Positions 1 through 9,397 of a DNA stretch of 64,000 nt are shown here, piece by piece. Source of the stretch: Faecousia sp. (GTDB lineage Bacteria; Bacillota; Clostridia; Oscillospirales; Oscillospiraceae); NCBI GenBank assembly GCA_045646265.1, contig JAZRKL010000139.1:12707-76706 (forward strand), in the 5' to 3' direction. The number at the start of each line of letters is the position of its first letter. The first letter of the stretch is position 1. The notes below the pieces were generated by a model. The model searched no databases. It had not been told where the DNA came from and saw only the letters and a program-made list of their open reading frames with translations. A program made the position numbers and the translations under genes.

Positions 1-389
1 ACCGTGAACTGATTGACTACCCGGAAAAGGTTATTCTCCGGGTGTTCAAAGTCGATCAGTTTGACCATCTTCGGCAGACCCGCCTGAGGTGCAAACTGAA
101 CACCGTCCACCATCCAGCCATAGACCCGATGCAGAGTTGCAAAGTCAGTTTCCGCACCCACAAGTCGTACATTGTCCATGATCTGCCGGATTTCGTCTGC
201 CTGCAGATCCGGATTGGTCTTGGTTAGAAACTGCTCCATATCATCCAGATATAGAACATCCCGCTTGGAACTGCGAGAAATGCTGTTTCCGGCAAGATAG
301 TGCCAACCTTCGTTCTCCAGGAACGAGATAAACGCATATTCAAATTGAGATTCGCAATAGTGGCCATTGTAATTCTGTAATTTAGCCAT
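1..389 (-). CDS. hsdR: Type I restriction endonuclease subunit R, N-terminal part (runs off the window)
   Basis: Not in the ORF track. GGAGG RBS, then ATG at 389 reading MAKLQNYNGHYCESQFEYAFISFLENEGWHY...LIDFEHPENNLFRVVNQFT, a typical HsdR N-terminus. Lies downstream of hsdM/hsdS. Confidence 0.85.
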   Translation of the reverse strand, partial: MAKLQNYNGHYCESQFEYAFISFLENEGWHYLAGNSISRSSKRDVLYLDDMEQFLTKTNPDLQADEIRQIMDNVRLVGAETDFATLHRVYGWMVDGVQFAPQAGLPKMVKLIDFEHPENNLFRVVNQFT

Positions 390-419
390 CGTTGTTGCCT
401 CCGTGTTGGATGCAATTAC

Positions 420-2297
420 TTAGTCTAATTTTTCCAAAACACGCTCTAAATTATTAACAAACCAAGATAATTGCAGTCTTTTAACTTTATCGCTTATTCT
501 GTTTTCACTTTCTAATAACGTTAATAAACCTTCTTTGAGCTGGAGTAATGAAGCTTTATCCTCCATGAAAAATTCGTTTATATTCGAAAACGAATATACT
601 GTTCCGAAAGATCTTCGTAAGTCATCAATCTGTTTGGATGAACACTGCTCTATTGCGGAAAGCAACTTCGGTACATCTATTCTCTTTAGAAACGCGCGCT
701 GACTGATGTACTTATCCCTGTTGTCCCTAATTTGTTCTGAAAATGCATCCATATTGTCTGCACTATAGTCAAATGCCAAAATGTCATGACTTTTTACTTT
801 TACTATTGTCTGCATTTCCTCAATAAAATTTTCGTATTCTTGCTCCTGCTCAGCAGTCCAGCAGCTAAAGCTATCGTGAAAAGACAATCTATCCCTTACT
901 TTTTCACTGTCGTAATCATAAGCAGCAAGATTATTTTTCATGGCCACTTTGCAGTCATCAACAAGACTGGGTGTATCAATCAAGTTTCTAACAAGAACCA
1001 AATAGTTAGCCAACTTGCCGTAGATGATCAAATTGATTGCACCCGGAGTTTCAAGGTTTTTCTTTATATCCGAAACAGCCCACTCGAGGAGATCAGAAGT
1101 CTTGGAGTAGAATTCGTACAAGACATTTAGTGAAAGCTGCACTTCATCTTGAACTTTTTCAAACTTCTTTTGCTCCAAAAAGAGTTTTTCTTCCTTCTCC
1201 ATTTCAGCTGCATCAAAATGCTGAAACTTAATGTAGTCATGAGCAAATCTAAATAATGGATATTTGCTTGTTCCTAAAGAACCGCCACTCTGTTTATCGT
1301 CCCAATACAACTTGTCATTATTTTTGAGCCGGAACGAGAAAGCAACTATACTCAAAAACAAATGCTTTACAAAAAGACGATCAATCTCCTTGTTGTACAG
1401 CCTTAAAATGTCTGTGGTCTTTTGACAGGCAAAAATAAAGGAACGAAAATTCAAGCTATCGATTTTGTCGGCAATGTCACAGATTTCGATTGATATTATT
1501 TGTCTGAGAATTTTCTGCCTCAGGAGAATATCCTCAGCTGTGCCACACGAACGGTCTTCTGTCGTTTCAAGCAGCAACGCTTCTATTCTTTCGTCTGTAA
1601 ACTGCTGCAAAATATTATCTATTGTTTCGCCGAAATTGCAGACATAGATAATTGTATCGCTTACGGTCTTCTCTTTAATTTTTAAGTATTCTTCGGTTTC
1701 GCTCGTCCAGCGCCATTTCCTTTCGGTTTCTCCCTTAGTGTTGGGGACTTCGTATTCTTCACTTTTTAGGATTTCTCTTTCATTTGCTACCAACAATACT
1801 TTGACGCCATCTTGTTCGACGAGATTGTTTACGTATCCCAAAACATCTTTGATTGGGATGTTAGTACGTTCCAAGTCCTCAAGAATTATGAGTTTTCCGC
1901 TTAAATCAATCGATTCATACAGTCTTTGTAAATCCTCCTCATTACTGGTCAAATCAATGTTGAAAAAACTGGTTACCCCTTTTACGATTGTTTTTCCAAC
2001 AAGATTGACACTTGCTTGAGTTTCTGCTTTACCCAAAACTTTGGACTCATTGATTTTGGTGCGAAGCTTTTTCGCCTTTTCTTCAAGATATATAGCCTTG
2101 CTGATATCTTTTAAATCACTCAAGCCATATAAGGAAACAACAATACAATCTTTTTGCTTTCCTTCCAGGTAAGGTTTCAAAACATTTTGGATATAAAAAC
2201 TTTTGCCCGTTCCCCAACCGCCAGTAAGCATAATTGCACTCTTGGTCTTATCATTTGTCAGATAATTTTCGATGAACGCTGTGTATTTATTATCCAT
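420..2297 (-). CDS. KAP-family P-loop NTPase
   Basis: Walker A GGWGTGKS, VSLYGL motif, Walker B-like LIILEDLER; AT-rich; located between hsdS and hsdR. Confidence 0.8.
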   Translation of the reverse strand: MDNKYTAFIENYLTNDKTKSAIMLTGGWGTGKSFYIQNVLKPYLEGKQKDCIVVSLYGLSDLKDISKAIYLEEKAKKLRTKINESKVLGKAETQASVNLVGKTIVKGVTSFFNIDLTSNEEDLQRLYESIDLSGKLIILEDLERTNIPIKDVLGYVNNLVEQDGVKVLLVANEREILKSEEYEVPNTKGETERKWRWTSETEEYLKIKEKTVSDTIIYVCNFGETIDNILQQFTDERIEALLLETTEDRSCGTAEDILLRQKILRQIISIEICDIADKIDSLNFRSFIFACQKTTDILRLYNKEIDRLFVKHLFLSIVAFSFRLKNNDKLYWDDKQSGGSLGTSKYPLFRFAHDYIKFQHFDAAEMEKEEKLFLEQKKFEKVQDEVQLSLNVLYEFYSKTSDLLEWAVSDIKKNLETPGAINLIIYGKLANYLVLVRNLIDTPSLVDDCKVAMKNNLAAYDYDSEKVRDRLSFHDSFSCWTAEQEQEYENFIEEMQTIVKVKSHDILAFDYSADNMDAFSEQIRDNRDKYISQRAFLKRIDVPKLLSAIEQCSSKQIDDLRRSFGTVYSFSNINEFFMEDKASLLQLKEGLLTLLESENRISDKVKRLQLSWFVNNLERVLEKLD

Positions 2298-2321
2298 TGT
2301 TTCTCTCCTTGTTAGAGCTCT

Positions 2322-3446
2322 TTATTCTTGCAACGAACCCCGAATCAGTATCGGGCAAATATCTTTGATTTGCTTTTTCAACTGCTCGTTGATTTCTTTT
2401 CTTTTAATATACACACTATAGACACTTGCAATTGATTTTTGGATTTCGATATCCGGAATCGGAATTTCAACTTCTATTAAGTCATTCCAAGTAAACGTTT
2501 CACGGGCAGATCCCCAAGAATGAAAGCGTGCATATCTGTCAAACTCAGTTCTGTTGAAGAACATACACAGATATTCGGGATGCAGTTTATCTTCCTGCGT
2601 TGAAAACACTTCGTTAACCGAAGAAACTACTATGTCTTCATCGGTGTTATTAAAGGCATAAGTAAATACTTTTTCGTTATGAGTAGTCTGCACGAATCCA
2701 ATTTGGCGAGGGCGACACACTTTATAATTTGCAAGTTCGTTTTTGTTGACTTTGGCAGTTGGTTCACGGAAGCGCTTAGATGTGCTGATTCCCATAACAT
2801 TTTTTGTTCCATTAGGGCCATTACGAACATCGTGCCGTTCAATATAATGCCCTATCTTTTCACAAGGCATCTTTCTGCGAAGATCTTCGATATATCCATC
2901 ACATACAAGCTTCAAGTCTTCCAATCCACGCTCATAACTCTGCTGATTGGCAACCATGGACTTGTAAATATCAACATATTTCCGCTGTACTGTAATATCC
3001 GGTAATGGGATTATAATGTCGCTCATGTCATTAAAATTGAACTCTGGGCGTTGGCTACCAAAATTTCTAAAGGTTACTTCTCTATAAAATTCCTCTCGAC
3101 GGAAATACATGAACAACCATTCCGGATCAATAATCTTCTTACCTTCATCAGTCAAATAGAACACGATATACAAGTGCGAAACTATGCACATTCCATCGGT
3201 GCGATATGCGATAGAGCCTAAATTAAGACGAGAAGGGTTATACACAAAGGCTCCGTTATTCACGATTTTGTACGGCTTTAGATCAACATCCATAGGATTT
3301 CCCTTTGGTGATGCAAACTTGCCTACATTTGTAACTCCCTCAATCAAATCAATACCGTACCTTTCGTCACGGTTATTTGCTGTTGAGCGGCGGATGTAGT
3401 CACCAAGGCGGATGTTGCGAACAGTGGTGGCAAGCTTAGATTTCAT
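2322..3446 (-). CDS. hsdS: Type I RM specificity subunit S
   Basis: Two TRD repeats, each ending in a conserved IPLPDITVQ / IPIPDIEIQ segment; ATG at 3446 overlaps the hsdM end. Confidence 0.9.
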   Translation of the reverse strand: MKSKLATTVRNIRLGDYIRRSTANNRDERYGIDLIEGVTNVGKFASPKGNPMDVDLKPYKIVNNGAFVYNPSRLNLGSIAYRTDGMCIVSHLYIVFYLTDEGKKIIDPEWLFMYFRREEFYREVTFRNFGSQRPEFNFNDMSDIIIPLPDITVQRKYVDIYKSMVANQQSYERGLEDLKLVCDGYIEDLRRKMPCEKIGHYIERHDVRNGPNGTKNVMGISTSKRFREPTAKVNKNELANYKVCRPRQIGFVQTTHNEKVFTYAFNNTDEDIVVSSVNEVFSTQEDKLHPEYLCMFFNRTEFDRYARFHSWGSARETFTWNDLIEVEIPIPDIEIQKSIASVYSVYIKRKEINEQLKKQIKDICPILIRGSLQE

Positions 3447-5037
3447 ATCCAATCCCCCTGAACGCATCCTCCATCATTTTCTGAGATTGCTTCTCCTGTG
3501 CGAGAACATTGCGCATTTCCGTCTGAATGCGGCTCATTTCAGCAGCAAAATCAATTTCCAGATCATGATCAATAAATTCAATGTACTTACTGGGAATTAG
3601 GCTCCAGCCATGCTTCTCGATTTCTGCAATACCAACGCTGCGGTAGAGTTCCGGCACCTCATAGTTTGTTCCGTCCGTGCCCTCTGCCTGCCAGGTATGA
3701 TAAATTTCTGCTGCTCTTTTAATCTGAGCATCATCCAGGAAGACCTTCTTCTTACCCTCGTTTTTCACAGGGTTCTCTGTCCATGTACGTAGGTCCATAA
3801 AGAGGATTTCATTCTCACGGTTGCGGAGGGGCCTGCCGTGATAATTGCCGCCCTTTTTGTTCTGGTTCAGAATCCAAAGAGTAACGCTGATATCTGTGGT
3901 GATGAATAATTCACGGGGCAGAATGATGATAGCTTCCACCTTATCGTTCTGAATCAGCTTCTTGCGGATTTCCACAGTATCGCTATCGCCCAATGCGCCG
4001 TTGGCCAGCAGGAAGCCTGCAACGCCATCCAGCGGCTTCAGGTGTGAGAGCATATGGAGAATCCAAGCATAGTTGGCGTTGCTCTCTGGGGGAGTGGTAT
4101 AGTCAGCCCAACGTGCATCGTCCTTCAAATTATCATTAAACCAGCCCTTCAGGTTAAAGGGAGGGTTAGCCATGATGTAGTTGAAGTACAAGCCTCTGTG
4201 CAAATCGTTCGTAAAGGTAGAGTCTGCCTCTCCGCCAAGATTATGGCTAATACCACGCAAAGCCAGGTTCATCTTTGCCAAACGATATGTGGCAGGTTCT
4301 TTTTCTTGACCGTAAATGTTGATGCGGCTGATATCGCCTTGCTTTTCCTTGATCAGGTCCGTACTCTGAATGAACATACCGCCGGAGCCGCAGCAAGGAT
4401 CGTACAGTGTACCGTCAAAGGGTTCGATCATAGCAGCGATCAGTTGAACAGCGTCGTGAGGCGTATAGAACTCGCCTTCCTCCTTGGTTGCGTTGACCGC
4501 AAATTCCTTCAAGAAGTATTCGTATACGCGGCCAATCAGGTCCTTTTCTTCGCCAAAAGCCTTGTGGCTGATCTTATTGACCTCATCTACGATCTTCTTG
4601 ATATCATTTGCTGCCAGATTGCGGGTAGTAAACGTACCTTCCACAAAGCAACCCTTCAGCTGCTTACTGCTAGTTGCTAGGCTGTGGAGCGCAGTATCCA
4701 ATGCAACATTCAGCTGCGGTGCGGGGGTGTTGATAATGGTGGACCACCGAGCCTCTACCGGTAGATTGTAAGTACCATCGGTAAATGTAGCATCATCAAA
4801 GAACGCTGCAAAGATCTCTTCATCATCAGGGTCCAAACCCTGTGCAATCAAATCCTGACGCAGCTTCTGCAGGCCATCTTCAAACTTCTCGCCGATAAAG
4901 CGCAAAAATACCAGGGTCAGCATCATATCACGCTTCTCAAAGAAAGAACCGGAGTTGCGCGCCTGACGCAGGATATCTCTACATTTGAACAGAATAGAGT
5001 CCAAATTGATTTTTTCTTCTACCTTTTTCTTAGCCAC
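3436..5037 (-). CDS. hsdM: Type I RM DNA methyltransferase subunit M (m6A)
   Basis: GEFYTP, YDPCCGSGGM (motif I) and NPPF (motif IV). Confidence 0.95.
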   Translation of the reverse strand: MAKKKVEEKINLDSILFKCRDILRQARNSGSFFEKRDMMLTLVFLRFIGEKFEDGLQKLRQDLIAQGLDPDDEEIFAAFFDDATFTDGTYNLPVEARWSTIINTPAPQLNVALDTALHSLATSSKQLKGCFVEGTFTTRNLAANDIKKIVDEVNKISHKAFGEEKDLIGRVYEYFLKEFAVNATKEEGEFYTPHDAVQLIAAMIEPFDGTLYDPCCGSGGMFIQSTDLIKEKQGDISRINIYGQEKEPATYRLAKMNLALRGISHNLGGEADSTFTNDLHRGLYFNYIMANPPFNLKGWFNDNLKDDARWADYTTPPESNANYAWILHMLSHLKPLDGVAGFLLANGALGDSDTVEIRKKLIQNDKVEAIIILPRELFITTDISVTLWILNQNKKGGNYHGRPLRNRENEILFMDLRTWTENPVKNEGKKKVFLDDAQIKRAAEIYHTWQAEGTDGTNYEVPELYRSVGIAEIEKHGWSLIPSKYIEFIDHDLEIDFAAEMSRIQTEMRNVLAQEKQSQKMMEDAFRGIGYEI

Positions 5038-5051
5038 AGTAAATACCTCCC

Positions 5052-5267
5052 TTACTTGCTATCCTCATTGGGGATTATGTCCATAATGTCATCTACAGTA
5101 CAATCTAAAGCACCGCAAATCTTAGCCAGTACTTCTGTAGTAACATGGCCATTTTTACCCATTTTGGTAAGGGAAGACGGACTAATACCGGCTTTTGCAC
5201 AAAGCTCTTTTTTCTTCATATCCTTGTCGATCAGCAGCTTCCATAGCTTTTTATAACTGACAGCCAT
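5052..5267 (-). CDS. XRE/Cro-type HTH regulator
   Basis: MAVSYKKLWKLLIDKDMKKKELCAKAGIS...; AAGGAG RBS before the ATG at 5267. Confidence 0.85.
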   Translation of the reverse strand: MAVSYKKLWKLLIDKDMKKKELCAKAGISPSSLTKMGKNGHVTTEVLAKICGALDCTVDDIMDIIPNEDSK

Positions 5268-5282
5268 ACGGATTCTCCTTCC

Positions 5283-5313
5283 AAACAAAAATGCTCCGCC
5301 GATAGGCAGAGCA
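5283..5313 (-). terminator. Intrinsic terminator-like hairpin in the leader of the xre-hsdM operon (possible attenuator)
   Basis: Minus strand reads TGCTCTGCC-TATC-GGCGGAGCA followed by TTTTTGTTT, immediately before the RBS. Confidence 0.5.
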
Positions 5314-5364
5314 AACAAAATACAATCTACTCACTGCCCTACAACGCTGGCAGCGTTGTTTTAT

Positions 5365-5393
5365 ATTATAACACGCCAAAGTTCAAATTGCAA
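5365..5393 (-). promoter_or_regulatory. Sigma-A promoter of the xre-hsdMS operon
   Basis: TTGCAA-N17-TATAAT with a TGn extension. Confidence 0.7.
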
Positions 5394-5444
5394 CAAAAAT
5401 GACGATATCGCAACATTTATGACGAAAACGAGAAATGACGGTAC

Positions 5445-5474
5445 TTGAGGTGTCGCTTTTAAGCGACACCTCAA
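5445..5474. repeat. Perfect 14-bp inverted repeat between divergent promoters
   Basis: TTGAGGTGTCGCTT-TT-AAGCGACACCTCAA. Confidence 0.8.
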
Positions 5475-5494
5475 AGTTTTCCAGGAAAAAGTGC

Positions 5495-5541
5495 TTGCAA
5501 TTTTTCTCCGGGCGTGTATAATCAAGTTAGAACATTTGTTC
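5495..5541 (+). promoter_or_regulatory. Sigma-A promoter with a Firmicutes LexA (SOS) box at the start site
   Basis: TTGCAA-N16-TATAAT (5495-5522) followed by GAAC-ATTT-GTTC (5530-5541). Confidence 0.65.
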
Positions 5542-5674
5542 TGTTTCAATAATTGAATAGGCGTCCCGACGGAATGGTTGAGATGAAACAGGCTGCGTAA
5601 TTCCATCTCCAGGTCAGATTGCTTTGAAATAACCGGTTCAGTTATACCAGACTTGCTTTAAGCAGACATGAGAG

Positions 5675-5729
5675 GCCACCGGCAAGATAGCGCTCAGAAA
5701 TGAGGGCTACCTTGTCGGTGGCTTTTTTT
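5675..5729 (+). terminator. Long-stem intrinsic terminator ending a ~200-nt non-coding transcript or leader
   Basis: GCCACCGGCAAGATAGC...GCTACCTTGTCGGTGGC followed by T7. Confidence 0.7.
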
Positions 5730-5965
5730 GTTTTCTTTAGGCAAAAACCGGTGTGAAACAGCCCTTTGTTCAAATCAGATGGGAGGTGAAATCCACTGGA
5801 TGATGGGCACAAAAATGCCATGCTGCATGGCATTTCAAATTTTTAACCAATCGGTAAAGAACCCACAGCAATTTTAACCGTTTGGTTAAGGTGTTTTTGG
5901 TGTCACCCAGTTACAATTAGGCCAGCTATCCGAATATTCATCCGGCACAAAGAAAGGAGAATGAC

Positions 5966-6142
5966 ATGCCACGCTTATCGCAAAAAGCAAAACGGGAGTG
6001 GAGTTTGTTCTTAGATCCACACACCGGACGGCGCAACTACAACGAATTATGCCGCCGCTGCACCCGTACTTGCAAGCAAAGCTTTCGCTCCATTGTAGTG
6101 GCTTGTACCCACTATGAAAGCAAGCGAAAAGAAAGGTGCTAA
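5966..6142 (+). CDS. Small Cys-rich hypothetical protein (58 aa)
   Basis: Below the ORF-track cutoff. AAGGAG RBS; MPRLSQKAKREWSLFLDPHTGRRNYNELCRRCTRTCKQSFRSIVVACTHYESKRKERC, with a CxxCxxxC...C pattern. Confidence 0.7.
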   Translation: MPRLSQKAKREWSLFLDPHTGRRNYNELCRRCTRTCKQSFRSIVVACTHYESKRKERC

Positions 6143-6405
6143 AAAGCGCACCAAACCGCCGCAATTTCCGAAGCTCGATTGCGGTGATGAAAGTACCCGC
6201 CGCCGAAATAAACGCGCCGCACATGAGAAAGAAAATCAAAAATATGCACCCTTTTCCTACAGAAAAAGTACCCATCGAGTCTTACCTCACAAACGGCGCA
6301 AATCGGCATTAACCCCACTCCGCTGAGAAGTCCCATAAATATATAAATAAATATATAACTTAGACTTACTTAGCTGAGAGAAGAAGTGTGAAGGAGTAGT
6401 AAGTA

Positions 6406-6705
6406 ATGGAAGACAAAATTTATACCTTGGAAGAAATGCGCTCCCTGGGAATCGACACCCTGGGTTATGTGCTCATGGAGGAACCAGGAGAAGTAATCGG
6501 AACGCTGATGTTGAAAGCTGAATCTCGCAAACAAGGACCTCGGTTGTTTTTCGTCCTTGAAGATGGCCGACAAATCATCACACCTATCTTCATTTGGCAA
6601 CTGGGCAAAGGCATGCAAAACATCCCTACCGGGACAGTTGTGAAGCTGACCTATGTGAGAAACAGTACCGGCCGCGTCCACCTCGAAAATGCCGTGCCGG
6701 TGTAA
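6406..6705 (+). CDS. Hypothetical protein (beta-rich)
   Basis: AAGGAG RBS, 99-aa ORF in the mobility module. Confidence 0.65.
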   Translation: MEDKIYTLEEMRSLGIDTLGYVLMEEPGEVIGTLMLKAESRKQGPRLFFVLEDGRQIITPIFIWQLGKGMQNIPTGTVVKLTYVRNSTGRVHLENAVPV

Positions 6706-6725
6706 ACGGCATCAGTGGCATTTTC

Positions 6726-6786
6726 TTAGCAAGCATCGCGGTTGGATATCCACAACCGCATTTTCTTGGGGTAACCCCAAACCCTT
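6726..6786 (-). other. Putative oriT (MOBP-like)
   Basis: Inverted repeat GCGGTTG-N8-CAACCGC (6738-6759), followed on the minus strand by TGCTTG|C, resembling the pC221-type nic site. Palindrome TTGGGGTAACCCCAA nearby. Directly upstream of mobC. Confidence 0.55.
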
Positions 6787-6807
6787 ATGAGCTGAAAGGA
6801 GTCAATT

Positions 6808-7125
6808 ATGAGAACAAGAGATAAGCAGATCATCCTCCGGCTGACGGAGAAAGAATATGACGAGTTAAAGGCCAATGTTGCCAAAACGAACCTATCCATG
6901 CAAGCCTATTTACGCACGATCATTACCGGTATTCAACCTAAAGAACGGGTACCGATGAATCTGATTGAAACACTGCAAGGCTTACAGAAAATCAATACCC
7001 AATTGACTATCATTGCGCTGAATGCGCGGACACAGAACGAGATCGACGCCGATGCTTACTGGAAAGTAGTCAAAGAAATGGAATCTGTAAAAGGCAAACT
7101 TTTGCAGGTAATGTATGGAGATTGA
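6808..7125 (+). CDS. mobC: MobC-like ribbon-helix-helix mobilization accessory protein
   Basis: RDKQIILRLTEKEY...LSMQAYLR RHH pattern plus an LQKINTQLTIIA helix. Confidence 0.7.
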   Translation: MRTRDKQIILRLTEKEYDELKANVAKTNLSMQAYLRTIITGIQPKERVPMNLIETLQGLQKINTQLTIIALNARTQNEIDADAYWKVVKEMESVKGKLLQVMYGD

Positions 7126-7363
7126 GAATATGAACTTTAAATTTTACAGAGATATTTTTAGCCAGGAGCAGGAGTACCGTGTAGGACAAGTCCGCTATAT
7201 CGTGGAGTCCCACTTCTGCCCTTTCCCGGATTCGGAGCAGAAAACCATGCGTGATCGAGTGGAGAGATTGCTGACCGGAGATTTAGTTAATTTGACATTG
7301 CTTGAGGTAACGGATACAATAGAGACAGAAAATGTGTGTTCGGTTGCCGGAAAGGAGAACTAA
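7115..7363 (+). CDS. TnpW-like transposon-encoded protein
   Basis: VGQVRYIVESHF...MRDRVERLL motif; directly precedes the recombinase. Confidence 0.6.
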   Translation: MEIENMNFKFYRDIFSQEQEYRVGQVRYIVESHFCPFPDSEQKTMRDRVERLLTGDLVNLTLLEVTDTIETENVCSVAGKEN

Positions 7364-9064
<1,701 letters not shown>

Positions 9065-9100
9065 AAGAAAACGCCCCGCTAAAGCAGGGCGTCCATGAAC

Positions 9101-9139
9101 AAAAAATAAGTGGAGATAACGAAATCCGTTATCTCCACT
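9101..9139 (-). terminator. Terminator downstream of tRNA-Met
   Basis: 13-bp stem AGTGGAGATAACG/CGTTATCTCCACT with a T-tract on the minus strand. Confidence 0.7.
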
Positions 9140-9144
9140 CGACA

Positions 9145-9220
9145 TGGTTGCGGGAGGAGGACTCGAACCTCCGACCTCCGGGTTATGAGCCCGACGAGCT
9201 TCCAACTGCTCTATCCCGCG
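9145..9220 (-). tRNA. tRNA-Met (CAT), initiator type
   Basis: CGCGGGATAGAGCAGTTGGAAGCTCGTCGGGCTCATAACCCGGAGGTCGGAGGTTCGAGTCCTCCTCCCGCAACCA; C1-A72 mismatch, GGG/CCC anticodon stem, encoded CCA. Confidence 0.95.
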
Positions 9221-9252
9221 ATATTTAGGTCGCACCAACTCAGTGCTGATAT

Positions 9253-9281
9253 ATAGTAACACAAAGCACATCGTTTGTCAA
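9253..9281 (-). promoter_or_regulatory. tRNA promoter
   Basis: TTGACA-N17-TACTAT with TGn. Confidence 0.75.
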
Positions 9282-9364
9282 GAATTATTTCTTGTAAGCT
9301 TTTGTCGATTGCCTTCCCATTCAGGAGAATTGCTGTTAGGTTAGATCCCCCATGGAATAAACTG

Positions 9365-9391
9365 TGACCCCCGGCGTTAAGCCGGGGGTCA
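9365..9391 (-). terminator. Terminator of the GH20 gene
   Basis: TGACCCCCGGC-GTTAA-GCCGGGGGTCA just after the stop codon. Confidence 0.7.
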
Positions 9392-9397
9392 GTTGGT

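Noticed and set aside
224-415. ORF-track 63-aa minus ORF and the 42-227 plus ORF
   Set aside because: Out-of-frame or antisense overlaps of the hsdR start
2322-3446. Phase-variable hsdS shufflon
   Set aside because: Single hsdS with no extra TRDs, no inverted repeats and no adjacent tyrosine invertase in the window
5781-5877. Short ORF MMGTKMPCC... after GGGAGGTG (possible type I toxin)
   Set aside because: RBS-to-ATG spacing is about 13 nt and the peptide is not hydrophobic
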